IMG/VR virus record: IMGVR_UViG_3300009034_000029
From: an uncultured virus (IMG/VR IMGVR_UViG_3300009034_000029)
Taxonomy: Duplodnaviria; Heunggongvirae; Uroviricota; Caudoviricetes
Strand: one strand, 5' to 3'
DNA: 64,000 nt
Shown here: positions 41,578 to 51,154 of the stretch, piece by piece
Position numbering within the stretch: position 1 is the first letter of the stretch
Layout: each line of letters begins with the position of its first letter
Notes under the pieces: model-generated
Told to the model about the DNA's origin: nothing
Database searches by the model: none
Seen by the model: the letters and a program-made list of their open reading frames with translations, nothing else
Position numbers and translations under genes: made by a program

Positions 41578-43336
41578 GCACATCACCACCCTCTTCACAT
41601 GTCTGACAATTCAACGTCTCGCAACTCACCTGATTGGCTGTCTCGCAATACTTCTCACATCCAGTCTGACATGCACATATATCACAATCAGTTTGACCAG
41701 CTGCAACTTCACAACTCACCTGACATGTAGAGGTCTCACAAGCCGTTGGACAATCAACCAATAACTTAAACTCCGACCTAATCTCCTCAATATTTCCTCC
41801 CTTAGCCCATAATAATCTCAGATCATACCCTGCACTTGCAACTACATCACTTAAATCTGGCTCTTCCTTACCCAGAGACACAATAGTCCTGAATGACCTA
41901 AAATCATGCTTAACCTGCTTTACTCTCATCCTAAATAACTGAAAGCCATTCCAACACTTTATCACATCTCCAGGATTGATATTGAAATTCAACCTATTCA
42001 CAGTAACCGTTACATACTTATGTTCATCCTTATAATGATCCAACAATGCATTAGCTAGATTAGTTGCCTTTATAGAAGCCTGATTTGTCAAATCCATAAT
42101 TGGTAAATTTCTCAATCCATGTCTTGCAATACTTGTACAATCCTTAACATCCGCAGCCACTCTTCCAGTCACAACAGCTATTCCATCAAACCATACATGT
42201 GATCCAGAGTTTTGATTATCCGTTGGCTTAACCGAAATTATTATATATTTCCAATCGCTCCAACTACAAGTCCCGTATGTACTGAAACTAGATAGGGGTA
42301 GATCAATAAGATGCCATGTATTGGAAGCCCCATTAAGGATATAATATTTATACTTGTAATCTGTATCCCATGTCTTAACAAAAAAGACGTCTATTGAATT
42401 TAATTCTGAACCTCCACCGTTATCAGGTAGGAAATCAGATCTAATCCAAAATCTTATCCTTTCGTGATTTGACAAATCCCTCGTTATAGGTTGTGATGCA
42501 CTGCCTAGTACTCCTCCAGCTCGTTCACCCTCGACTATAGGTCCATTGGTACATTGGACAGAATGTATCCCAACAATACTCGGATCATTTACCTGCTGTA
42601 TACTTGTTGTTTGATCCCATATAGTCCACCAGTCTGTAATATCATTCTCCGTCCAAGCATCCCCATCTGAAGGTATAGGTTGGTTGATTGACCCATAAAT
42701 CAATATTCTATTATAAATCTCCCTTGCACTTCTCTTATATGAATAATCAGTTAAATCATTCTTCTCCAACACGACCTTCGATGGTCTACTATATCGCGGG
42801 AAAAAATTCAGATCCTTATTCTCATCAACGTAGAAATCATACCCAAATTGTCCACTACTATCCTTTGCTAGTCTCGCAGCCATCTGTACTGCCTCGAATA
42901 ACGTTTTGCCTCTGAGGAACCATCGTGATGCTGTTTCCGCTGAATTTATTACATTAGCATATGTCAAATTATCCTGATAGACATCAAGTAGCCTTTTAAC
43001 AATCTCATGTGCTTTAAGTGTATCTATCGAGATATAATCAATCTGCTTCCCCTGTAACAAGTACCCATAATCTCGTCCAGTAAATCTTATTTCATTAGGA
43101 GTAATTATCTTTTCCTCTATAACCCCTGCAGTGATCAAGGTCTCTATATTACCATTTACCTCATACAATTTAACATCAGTCATATTGAATATCTCTGCAT
43201 ACTCTCTCGTTCTTGGCAATGAGAAAGTAAAACTCCCCGATGCACTATTAATAGATCTTGTTACATCAAAATCCTCTACATAAGCAATTCTAGGACCCTT
43301 ACCTCTCCATTCTAAATCTACCCTATAATATGTCAT
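41567..43336 (-). CDS. Tail hub/baseplate protein with CBM-like insertion and Cys-rich C-terminal tail
   Basis: Follows the tape measure gene; hub-like motifs (FTGRDYG, YDFYVD, IYNRILIYG, SIARHG, INPGDVI); 12 Cys in the last ~62 aa. Confidence 0.75.
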   Translation of the reverse strand: MTYYRVDLEWRGKGPRIAYVEDFDVTRSINSASGSFTFSLPRTREYAEIFNMTDVKLYEVNGNIETLITAGVIEEKIITPNEIRFTGRDYGYLLQGKQIDYISIDTLKAHEIVKRLLDVYQDNLTYANVINSAETASRWFLRGKTLFEAVQMAARLAKDSSGQFGYDFYVDENKDLNFFPRYSRPSKVVLEKNDLTDYSYKRSAREIYNRILIYGSINQPIPSDGDAWTENDITDWWTIWDQTTSIQQVNDPSIVGIHSVQCTNGPIVEGERAGGVLGSASQPITRDLSNHERIRFWIRSDFLPDNGGGSELNSIDVFFVKTWDTDYKYKYYILNGASNTWHLIDLPLSSFSTYGTCSWSDWKYIIISVKPTDNQNSGSHVWFDGIAVVTGRVAADVKDCTSIARHGLRNLPIMDLTNQASIKATNLANALLDHYKDEHKYVTVTVNRLNFNINPGDVIKCWNGFQLFRMRVKQVKHDFRSFRTIVSLGKEEPDLSDVVASAGYDLRLLWAKGGNIEEIRSEFKLLVDCPTACETSTCQVSCEVAAGQTDCDICACQTGCEKYCETANQVSCETLNCQTCEEGGDVHEY

Positions 43337-45684
43337 CTAAATGGCAACCCCTTAGTCCTTAGTTCCTCCGCAATGGCTGCAGCTATGTCACTCCCAGTTT
43401 TTCTTGGATCAGATACACTACCCTGTACGGTAACATTAATTACCATTGAGGTACCCCTCGGCCATTCTGGGGAACCTCCTTCTTGTTGACCTGCTATCCA
43501 TTCTGCTCCTGGTCCACCAACAGTCGTCAATCTACCTCCTGTTGCAACATCCGCCTCTTCCATTTGTTTGGCCCAATCAACATCCCTACCTTGTAGTGCG
43601 GCCACCCAATCCATGGCAATTCTACCTGCTACTCCACCAACTAATGCTCCTGCTCCAGCTGCTCCAATAGCTAATGCTGCAGATGCTGCAGTACCCATTC
43701 CAGCTAATCCACCAACAGCTACTCCTAACTCAGCTTCTAATGCACCAGCAGTAACAACACCTGCTCCTCCTAAACTTCCACCCAATGCACCAAATGCAGC
43801 AGTTGCAGCTCCCATTAACGGAGCAGCTGCTCCAATAGTAGCCATAGCTGCACCAATAGCCTGTAATGCCATACCTAGTCCCAACAACAATGGAGTTAAC
43901 TTAACTAATTCTGCTAACAATCTCCCGAATGCCTCTGCACCACCCATAGCAGTAACCATTTCCTGGAATGCTTCAGCTAATGATATAACAGCTGGTATGA
44001 CACTTTCAATAAATGATGTAGCAAGATCCTTTAGGAATTTCTGAAATTCAGGATCCTCTAATAATTCCTTTAAGTTCCCTATACCATCCTCAATAGCAGG
44101 CAACAACGCTGATCCAATCTCAACAGCTACCATATCAATTAAATTCATTAAATCCGCAATTCTATCATTAAACGTTCTCATCTGCATATTCGCAACATCT
44201 TCAGCAGTTCCACCAACATCTTCAAGTGAACCCCTGATATTCTCAAACTCTTTATCCCATGCTATTAGTATATTCAATACCCATTCAGACTGATTTCCAA
44301 ACAGATCCTGTATAAGCAATTGCTTCTCCAGATCAGTACTATATCCCTGAACCCTCTCTCGGAGTTGATCTAAGATATAACTAAAATCTGCAAAGTTCCC
44401 AGAAGCATCATAGATTGATATACCCATATCCCAACTTTTATCAATCAGTCTTGAAAAGAACTCATCTAACCTCCTTCCAGCAGTCGAAACATTCATTCCC
44501 TGTCTCTGTAACATAACCATCATAGCTATAACTTCTTCAGCTGTCAAACCAAACTTCATAGCTTTTTGTGAGGCATAAGCAAATCCTGTGCTGAGCTCAC
44601 TCATCGATGCACCTGTTAGATAATTAGCCTTAGTCAATAGATCCGCAATATATGCAGCATCTGTCATCTCTAAATTAAACTGATGCATTGCATTCAATAA
44701 AATATTCGAAGCTTCTGCAGCCTCAATAGTATTAGCCTTTGCAAACATCATCACTATATTTAGATACTCCAAACTCTCTGCAGTATCAATCCCTTGCATC
44801 TCTAATTGCAACGCAGCTTTAGCAGCATCTCCTAACCTAATATTCCACTCATCAGCCAATTGTAAGATATTCTCACTTACCTGTCCAAATGCCTGATCAA
44901 GATTATCAGCATACCTACCACTCAAATCCATCGCAATGTTAAGATTCATCATGGCTTGTTGGAAGTCAGCCGCTCTATCCACAATCTGCTTTATTACACC
45001 AATAATTATCCCAGAAATAGCAAGTAACCTAAAACCCATACGCTCCATAGTCCTACCCAGATATGCAATCCTAAACCCAGCTTTCTCAACAGCTCTACCA
45101 TAATCTTGTATTTTAGTCCGACCTTTTCGTAGTGCCTCCATATTTTCATCGCGTATTTTCTTTAACCTATATTCCTCTTTAATCTCTTCTTTTATTGACT
45201 CTGTCAACAATTGAGTTTGAACTCTCATCTGCTCTATAAATTCTCCCCTAGCAGCCCTACCCAATTCTCTATATGCCCAAGCTAACTCATACGATGCTTT
45301 TGTTCCTGCCACCATTGTTGTCGATGCAGTACCCACATACTTATGAACATCTTCCTTTATAGAAGCAAGCGAATTAGCTATTTGTTCTCGCATCATCATA
45401 ATTGCTTGACCTTGAGACTCCAATTGGGTCTTTACAGCCTGTGGAATTTGTACTGAGATAGTTGTACCTACTGCATCATAAAGTTTTATCATGCCTTCGA
45501 CTTCGGTTTTTACCGTCTTAACAAATTCTTTAAAGGAATCTCCCATAGCTTTCGTAGTATTCTTTACGCGAGTAGCAAGTTTTTTCATTTGCTTAATCAT
45601 AGGGTCAACTACTGCACTTACATGCAACCCTATTTTGGCTGTACTTTCCCACTCGCCTAATTCTTTTGGTGATAAACCTGGCAT
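43333..45684 (-). CDS. Tape measure protein
   Basis: Long helical Ala-rich protein with a TP901-like core (AADF..AM, IADLLTKAN, AGRRL); follows the tail chaperones. Confidence 0.9.
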   Translation of the reverse strand: MPGLSPKELGEWESTAKIGLHVSAVVDPMIKQMKKLATRVKNTTKAMGDSFKEFVKTVKTEVEGMIKLYDAVGTTISVQIPQAVKTQLESQGQAIMMMREQIANSLASIKEDVHKYVGTASTTMVAGTKASYELAWAYRELGRAARGEFIEQMRVQTQLLTESIKEEIKEEYRLKKIRDENMEALRKGRTKIQDYGRAVEKAGFRIAYLGRTMERMGFRLLAISGIIIGVIKQIVDRAADFQQAMMNLNIAMDLSGRYADNLDQAFGQVSENILQLADEWNIRLGDAAKAALQLEMQGIDTAESLEYLNIVMMFAKANTIEAAEASNILLNAMHQFNLEMTDAAYIADLLTKANYLTGASMSELSTGFAYASQKAMKFGLTAEEVIAMMVMLQRQGMNVSTAGRRLDEFFSRLIDKSWDMGISIYDASGNFADFSYILDQLRERVQGYSTDLEKQLLIQDLFGNQSEWVLNILIAWDKEFENIRGSLEDVGGTAEDVANMQMRTFNDRIADLMNLIDMVAVEIGSALLPAIEDGIGNLKELLEDPEFQKFLKDLATSFIESVIPAVISLAEAFQEMVTAMGGAEAFGRLLAELVKLTPLLLGLGMALQAIGAAMATIGAAAPLMGAATAAFGALGGSLGGAGVVTAGALEAELGVAVGGLAGMGTAASAALAIGAAGAGALVGGVAGRIAMDWVAALQGRDVDWAKQMEEADVATGGRLTTVGGPGAEWIAGQQEGGSPEWPRGTSMVINVTVQGSVSDPRKTGSDIAAAIAEELRTKGLPFR

Positions 45685-45946
45685 TTAATGCAACCCCAAT
45701 ATTGATTTATATGGTCTTAATTTCCTACCTGTCTTAATAGATTCCCCTACTGTTTGTGCATACCCACCACCCTGTTGAGCGGTAACTCCCTTTGGTTTGA
45801 CCTGTAATTGCCGTAGGATTTCTGCATCTAATAAAAGACAAGAAGCCGGATCTTGTTTTGGATCCATACCTAAAATCTCACTTGGTCGTTGGCCTAGGCT
45901 TAGGCCCACCCGCCCCGCTAGGCTTGACACCGGGGCTTGTGCGAAA
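45685..45946 (-). CDS. Tail assembly chaperone extension (gpT-like), reached by frameshift
   Basis: Open +1 frame overlapping the end of 45878-46297, directly before the tape measure gene. Confidence 0.65.
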
Positions 45947-46297
45947 CGACTTTAGTTTCTCCAAGTCAAGTTCGGTTAGTTTACTCCAACTCAATGTTTC
46001 GTTATTTATTGCAATGACATCCATCGGATCGACATCATTGAATGCTAACTCATCCTCTTTAGGATGTGCATTGTCTACTACTTTAGGATCCACAGAGCAT
46101 GCACATACAACTAACTTCATTGCATTATACTCTCTTTCACTAACCCCTGGTTGTTCTTTTGGCTTGTTTGATACGGCTAATGTAGACAATTGTATAAATA
46201 CATCCATGGGTATTTTTCTTATGGTCCACATAGCTCCACTAGGTACTTCAAACTCCTTAAACCTACCCTTCTTATATTCAGCTGCCCTATTTGACAT
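45878..46297 (-). CDS. Tail assembly chaperone (gpG-like)
   Basis: Position between tail tube and tape measure; TCG-TTT-CGC shift site near its end. Confidence 0.75.
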   Translation of the reverse strand: MSNRAAEYKKGRFKEFEVPSGAMWTIRKIPMDVFIQLSTLAVSNKPKEQPGVSEREYNAMKLVVCACSVDPKVVDNAHPKEDELAFNDVDPMDVIAINNETLSWSKLTELDLEKLKSFRTSPGVKPSGAGGPKPRPTTK

Positions 46298-46332
46298 TTC
46301 AGTACCACCTCCTCTATGGTGGTGGTTTCAAC

Positions 46333-47310
46333 CTATTCCGGAATATCTGTCTCGTCGTTCCAAATATCTATCTCTATGATATCTGTCCCTGTAGGCCCAA
46401 GTACTGCTCTCCATTCAACTGGTTGGACGATTCGATCTCTAGTTCTTAACGGTACGCCTGTCGCTGCGAATATAACTTTTGGAATGTTTATATCCATTTT
46501 ATATGGAAAACCCACACCTGCATCAACAGTTGATTCAAATGCCACTTGCATCTGATATGCCTCTAACGGCACAGTTGGTGTCAATGCATCAGTTGTTCCA
46601 AGAACTCTCTGATATTGAGTTGAATCATCGAATGAAAAGTCCGCTGTACCACTTACAGTTCTATTCTGAGGATATAGTCCCTTCAAAAACCGACTACCTA
46701 GTCTTGTAACATCTGGAACTAGGTTATTCTCTATAGTCAATCTAAATGCCTCTAAAGTTGTAATAGCACCAGCCTCAATTTCTGTTGTCCCAGCTTGATG
46801 GAACACAAATGGAGGTTGATCTCCATATGCTGGTGAAGTCCCAGTTGTAGTAGTTACAATTTCCTCTTTGTTACAAATCAGATCTGCAGTACCCTTTACG
46901 ATATCATTCATCGCGGCTTCAATCGTCAGTCTATTCACACCAATTCCTATAAGTTTCCTCCACTGTATACTGTCATCACAAATCTCTGCCTTGAGACTTG
47001 GAACTGTATCCGCAGCACGTATCTCATGCCTATACGCAGTCGTTGTACCTTCTATATTAGGTGTACTCTCTCCCAATACTGCCTTAAGCAATAATGGTAT
47101 ATCTAACGGATCCACTGGGAATGCAATAGACCCACCTAGATCAAACCTTCCACCTACATGCATATGTACATCACGTGCTCTAGTTCCCTGTATATATATA
47201 GGATTCTGATTTGGCCGAATATCCTCACTCTCTACGTTGATGAATTTTACCGGTGCAGTCCATGCTTCCGCAAAGGCTGCTTCTTCGTCAAATCCAATAT
47301 ATCTTGCCAT
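46333..47310 (-). CDS. Major tail tube protein
   Basis: Acidic beta-rich protein, FRLTIENNL...RTVSGT motif, position in the operon. Confidence 0.8.
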   Translation of the reverse strand: MARYIGFDEEAAFAEAWTAPVKFINVESEDIRPNQNPIYIQGTRARDVHMHVGGRFDLGGSIAFPVDPLDIPLLLKAVLGESTPNIEGTTTAYRHEIRAADTVPSLKAEICDDSIQWRKLIGIGVNRLTIEAAMNDIVKGTADLICNKEEIVTTTTGTSPAYGDQPPFVFHQAGTTEIEAGAITTLEAFRLTIENNLVPDVTRLGSRFLKGLYPQNRTVSGTADFSFDDSTQYQRVLGTTDALTPTVPLEAYQMQVAFESTVDAGVGFPYKMDINIPKVIFAATGVPLRTRDRIVQPVEWRAVLGPTGTDIIEIDIWNDETDIPE

Positions 47311-48024
47311 TTATTTCACCTCTAATCTAGCATGCATTTTTATAACATATCTCCACTCCAGACCTTCTGTACGTTCAAAATAACCCGGAGTGAGTTCGTC
47401 AATTTCAGTTGTCTGAACCGTTCCATTTAATGAACGGTCAGCAACCAACACATCATAAACCTTAGCAATCAAGTCTGTAGATTCTCGTATTCCTAATTGC
47501 ACGTCATTATTTTTACCATGTACTGCTATTCTAAATTTAGCAAATACAGTATCACCATAAATATTCCTAATCTCTATAGTTGTAGGACTTCCCATAACAT
47601 ATGCCGAAGGCCATTGTGTAATAGGTACCTTCGGACTATAACTCACATACTTCAAATCCCCAGACACTACAAGAGGATCCAACTTACCCTTAATAGCCTC
47701 CAAGGCTTCTGTAAATCTCCCAAACAACTTCCAGCTCTGAGTAATCGTCAATGTACTAGCCATATCCAATTGATGTCCACCATCAGCATTTGATGCTACA
47801 TAATGACCATCAGTCGTTGCAAAAGCTGCAACACCAATTAGGGCTCCTAATATCTCAGTCCGATACGTAGTACCTGAAATAAACCTTAATACCCAAGACT
47901 TGCCATTGATCGAGAAAAGTACCTCACCAGGTGAATTAGACACATCACATTGGATGACATAATACTCCTCAGTCCCACCCGATGTAGGAGTTACCGATTG
48001 ATTACTAATCACTGGTACAGCCAT
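47311..48024 (-). CDS. Tail terminator-like protein with N-terminal Ig-like domain
   Basis: C-terminal ADRSLNGTV pattern; position before the tail tube. Confidence 0.55.
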   Translation of the reverse strand: MAVPVISNQSVTPTSGGTEEYYVIQCDVSNSPGEVLFSINGKSWVLRFISGTTYRTEILGALIGVAAFATTDGHYVASNADGGHQLDMASTLTITQSWKLFGRFTEALEAIKGKLDPLVVSGDLKYVSYSPKVPITQWPSAYVMGSPTTIEIRNIYGDTVFAKFRIAVHGKNNDVQLGIRESTDLIAKVYDVLVADRSLNGTVQTTEIDELTPGYFERTEGLEWRYVIKMHARLEVK

Positions 48025-48028
48025 TATA

Positions 48029-48571
48029 TCACTTCCTAAACACAGACTCTATCAAATTTAATATCTCTTCTCTTGCTCTCTTCATCATAGCTTGTTTGGC
48101 TTTACCCATCCATTCATATTTCTTCTTAACCTGATGTGTTCCAAAATCTTCTCTTGGAACTTCCATTCTCTTCTTAACTGCAGGATAACCTTTCCTACCC
48201 TTCTTCCCCGGAGCAAGTTTTACCCATTTCGTTATCGTAGGCTTTTTTAATCTCTTCCCAATCTTAGGTACGAACCTACCAGGTGTCTGTCTTGACCCAC
48301 CATGAAGTACCCTTGCATATGGTGCATCTGATGTAAGAAACACATTGTCGCCTTCTACCACATATCTTAGAGATTTGTGAAATCCTCCAGTCTTCCCGGA
48401 TGGTACTACTTCCTTAGCCCTTGCGACACCCGCCTGACCAATCCTTTCCAATATTTGTGGTATCTTTGCTCTCACACCTTCAAATCTTCTAGCTAATTCA
48501 TTAAAGGTATACCTATAAGTTATCTCTACACCATCTTCAAATGTACGTCCTTTATCAGCCAAACTATCCAC
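48029..48571 (-). CDS. Neck/tail-completion protein (HK97 gp10-like)
   Basis: Basic protein with VP..TGG...S...APYA..LHGGS. Confidence 0.6.
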   Translation of the reverse strand: MDSLADKGRTFEDGVEITYRYTFNELARRFEGVRAKIPQILERIGQAGVARAKEVVPSGKTGGFHKSLRYVVEGDNVFLTSDAPYARVLHGGSRQTPGRFVPKIGKRLKKPTITKWVKLAPGKKGRKGYPAVKKRMEVPREDFGTHQVKKKYEWMGKAKQAMMKRAREEILNLIESVFRK

Positions 48572-48929
48572 TCCAATCTTTTAACTTCGAGACTGGAGAT
48601 GCTGCAGCAGGAGTACCCTTCCAACGTGATTTGGAAATTGACTCTAGCGTCCGCTCAGCTTTATCTCTCAGTATTGCTATATGTGTTACTGCATTCTCTG
48701 GATAGGTACCCTGATCCCTCTCAACCATGGTAATATAACTAGTATACGCCTCAAGAGTTGCCCAGTCCTTAATACAGGCCTCTAACAAATCTATTGGTGC
48801 ATTACTATCAGCCTTTCTCTGTACATATGCAGCAGCACTCTTAATACCTTCCGAAATGGTATCATCCGGGATTTGCTCAATCCCTATATTATTAAGCCTA
48901 TCCCGAATCATTTGTATTGTCACTGCCAT
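48564..48929 (-). CDS. Head-tail adaptor
   Basis: Small helical protein (IRDRL...IPDDTI) in the adaptor position. Confidence 0.6.
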   Translation of the reverse strand: MAVTIQMIRDRLNNIGIEQIPDDTISEGIKSAAAYVQRKADSNAPIDLLEACIKDWATLEAYTSYITMVERDQGTYPENAVTHIAILRDKAERTLESISKSRWKGTPAAASPVSKLKDWSG

Positions 48930-48931
48930 GT

Positions 48932-49288
48932 CTATCCCTTCTGCCAGCCAACTAGGAACCCTAATCCTAATCCACCAAGTAGTGGTAATACTATCATAGC
49001 ATTTACCATTGCTGCAAACGCATTAATGATAAAGCTTGGATTAGCTGTCAGCCATCCTGAGGTTTTCCCAAAGATACTCCCAACTATGGCTCCTAAATCA
49101 AACCCAGCATAAAGCATTAGAGCTCCGGTTGCAATAAGTAATACCAACCCAATGGTCATAAAAGCCCTAACTAGTTTTCTCATCATAAAACCTGAGAAGA
49201 ATCCCATACCTACACTTAGTATTGGAATTCCCCATATCACTGGATTTGCTGCTATCCATCCTACAATTGACCCTATTATTTCTTGCAT
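48932..49288 (-). CDS. FUN14-like membrane protein
   Basis: GFFSGFMMRKLVR...LPLLGGLGLGFLVGWQKG resembles the FUN14 family. Confidence 0.55.
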   Translation of the reverse strand: MQEIIGSIVGWIAANPVIWGIPILSVGMGFFSGFMMRKLVRAFMTIGLVLLIATGALMLYAGFDLGAIVGSIFGKTSGWLTANPSFIINAFAAMVNAMIVLPLLGGLGLGFLVGWQKG

Positions 49289-49298
49289 CTAACTCACC

Positions 49299-50388
49299 TC
49301 ATGGTTTCTTTTCTGGTGGTGGTGGAGGAGGAGCTCCTTTAGGTTGTTCTGGAACTATACCTTGCGCTCTTAATGCCATTTCTTCAAGTCTCTTGTATTT
49401 GGTTTCGAATTCCTCTTGCATCTTTGCTAATCTAACATCGTACTCAGACTTTGACATCCCAAATTTTCTCTCTTTTAGTTTCCATGCACCATAATCAACA
49501 ACCATATGTGCTATTTCCTCAAAGAAATATCCAGTACCAAAAGCAACTATTAATGCCCAATTCCAATAAAAGTCTGGGAATATAAACAATTGCCATGTTC
49601 GGGAGAGTATCTCTCCGCCAATAACAAACACACATACAAATATCCCAAAATACTTATAGTCAAAGTCCTTCAACGAACCCTTCTTCTTTTTAAACCAATA
49701 TGGATAGGCCATCCTGAGTGTTTGTCCTAATAGTAATCCCAACATAATCATCCATGTAGTAAATGGTATTCTTGTCCACCAAAACGGATCTTGCATCATA
49801 TATCACCTCTTAATATCCTGGTATGAATCGAACTATAAATTCTCTTAATAACTCAAAGATCAGTACTAAATCAAACGGGAGTTGGATACCCATCATACCT
49901 AGTAACCAAACTAATGTTCCCGCAAATAATGTGAAGAACCCCGTGACTATTGCTATAAATGCTACTAGAGACCATCCGAAAAGTTTTCCAATAAACGCTG
50001 CAAGAACCCACAATGGATGAGGATCCTTTTTCTCCAACTGCTCAGTAATTGTTTCTGCTAAACTTTTAACCTTCTTCCCAACAAATTCTTGGATCTTTCC
50101 TGCAACGGCTGCAAACATTTGTTCTTTCTCAATCTGTTGCAGAAGTCTTCTCAGTTGTCTCGGCCTTCTCTTAAATTTATTTAAGATCTTAAAGAGGAGG
50201 GTTTGTCCTTCTTGAAGATTGGCCACTTCCCAACCAGCTAACACTACAAATTCTGATCTCTCTGTCTCAGACATACCCGCGCCCTTTTGCATTAAGTAGT
50301 TTAATCTTTCTCTATTCACCTCATACGGAAGTTTAATAACTTCACCGAGTAGCTCCAACTGCTTTTGTTCTTCTGTGGCCTCGCTCAT
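49299..50388 (-). CDS. Two membrane proteins (49299-49799 holin-like; 49810-50388)
   Basis: TM helices plus coiled-coil or Pro-rich tails. Confidence 0.55.
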
Positions 50389-50398
50389 AGAATCACCT

Positions 50399-51121
50399 CT
50401 AAAGCTTTACAATATCTTCGTCTGAGGTTACAACCAAGTTGTCAACCCATAAATCAACGGCAGTAGCAGTCTTAGCTTCCACACCCACAAGTAATTCAGT
50501 ATATGGGTCTGCAGCATTTGCCGCTGTTTGAAATTGTATTCCCTTTAGACGTATAACTTGGTTATCGGATATTAATATTCCATAATACCTTTCGTTTAAA
50601 TCTGCAGACAACTTAAATGCATGCCAAACAGGAACTACACCTACATTTAATAGCTGTGCACCTCCAACAACATCAACAAATACACCAGCTGTGTTTAGGT
50701 ACTGCCACTTTTCATTTGTCTCTCCAAGATATTTCACGGCACTTGTATGTACATTTGTCCCATCAAACTGTTTTAGTTGTATCAATATCTCAGTAATATT
50801 TGCTGATAGAGCATCACTTGCCCACCAGAATTCTACGCCAATTTTTTGGCTTCCTTGTGGTCCTAAACCCCATGCCCTAGAGGCCTGTGCAACATCATCA
50901 GCAGCACCAGCAGTTGTTAATTTAAGACTCTGTTTACCCATAAACGCAAGATCTGTACCTGCCGCAATTGTTCCATCAACTGTTGTCCATCTAGCAGTTA
51001 TAGTTGTACCGTCCTCCATATCATCCTTAAATAATATCCTTCCCGACGGATCGATCCTATGAAACTTATCTATATCAAATAATATTCTTCTCATCGCATC
51101 TGATAATCTCATGGTTGACAA
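50399..51121 (-). CDS. Beta-sandwich (lectin-like) putative virion protein
   Basis: FKDDMED...SLKLTT...LWVDNL jelly-roll pattern. Confidence 0.5.
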   Translation of the reverse strand: MSTMRLSDAMRRILFDIDKFHRIDPSGRILFKDDMEDGTTITARWTTVDGTIAAGTDLAFMGKQSLKLTTAGAADDVAQASRAWGLGPQGSQKIGVEFWWASDALSANITEILIQLKQFDGTNVHTSAVKYLGETNEKWQYLNTAGVFVDVVGGAQLLNVGVVPVWHAFKLSADLNERYYGILISDNQVIRLKGIQFQTAANAADPYTELLVGVEAKTATAVDLWVDNLVVTSDEDIVKL

Positions 51122-51154
51122 CTCCTAATATAAAAAATAGGGGAGAAAAATCCC
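51122..51154 (-). terminator. Hairpin/oligo-T terminator after the capsid gene block
   Basis: - strand gggatttttctcccctattttttata. Confidence 0.55.
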
